A stretch of DNA of 62,561 nt, counting the filler, from Sphacelaria rigidula (lineage: Eukaryota): the NCBI GenBank assembly GCA_964200075.2. It is 6 parts of 6 records of this genome, joined end to end, with 100 filler letters (N's around TTAATTAATTAA, not from the genome) between each part and the next. Parts side by side here need not be neighbours in the genome. Positions count along the whole stretch, not along the records: positions 52,221 to 62,561 come from CAXNAA020006688.1; 5 more parts are not named here. The stretch is one strand, 5' to 3'. This document shows positions 62,201-62,561 of the stretch, piece by piece. The position numbers and the translations under genes were made by a program. Position 1 is the stretch's first letter; each line of letters begins with the position of its first letter. Below the pieces are notes generated by a model. The model saw only the letters and a program-made list of their open reading frames with translations. It was not told where the DNA came from and did no database searches.

Positions 62201-62561
62201 CGACCGAGAACATCTGGGAAGCCTGTCTTGTTAACTCAAGGTGGTGATTATCCTCGCTGCTGGGTGGAGGTTAGAACGGTACAGGAACTGTCCAGCTGAT
62301 TCGATATCTACACCCCCAGCGGTAATGCTGTCAAGAGGAAAGAACTCACAGACATATCATCGAGGGTTTGTAATGATATGCCCCTCCCCATTTGATTTGT
62401 TCCGGGGCGGGGGTTGGAGCTGTTTTTTCCGGAACATTGTTTTCGGGTATGTACGCGTACTTCGCAGTTCTTGGGGCGTTTGTGAAGTAACAGGGTTGCC
62501 AGAAAAATGAGAACGTATTTTGAAATGAGAATAAACCGCTCCCCGGGATTGTGTCCATTTT

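Overview
Eukaryotic, intron-rich and repeat-rich DNA, probably from a stramenopile such as a brown alga. This taxon call is an inference from gene style and repeat content. The window is not one locus: it is six unrelated contigs of 10346, 10345, 10343, 10343, 10343 and 10341 bp, joined in decreasing size order by an identical artificial 100-nt linker (44 N + TTAATTAATTAA + 44 N), so adjacency across linkers means nothing. Four spliced protein-coding genes, all partial, can be rebuilt from splice sites and reading frames: a PAK1IP1/MAK11-like WD40 gene (contig 1, +); a GT49/LARGE-like glycosyltransferase, with upstream exons encoding acidic 11-residue amphipathic repeats that may belong to it (contig 2, -); an FHA-domain gene (contig 4, +); and an uncharacterised low-complexity gene (contig 5, +). 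The rest is mostly mobile DNA: the 5' half of a Ty3/Gypsy LTR retrotransposon, piggyBac-like, Tc1/mariner-like and Harbinger-like MITEs, tRNA-derived SINEs, LINE remnants and large foldback palindromes. I found no convincing new multi-gene system. The best leads are an exon-like segment buried in an 814-bp hairpin with a 66-bp perfect core, the 11-mer repeat/GT49 junction, and several unusual small transposon structures.
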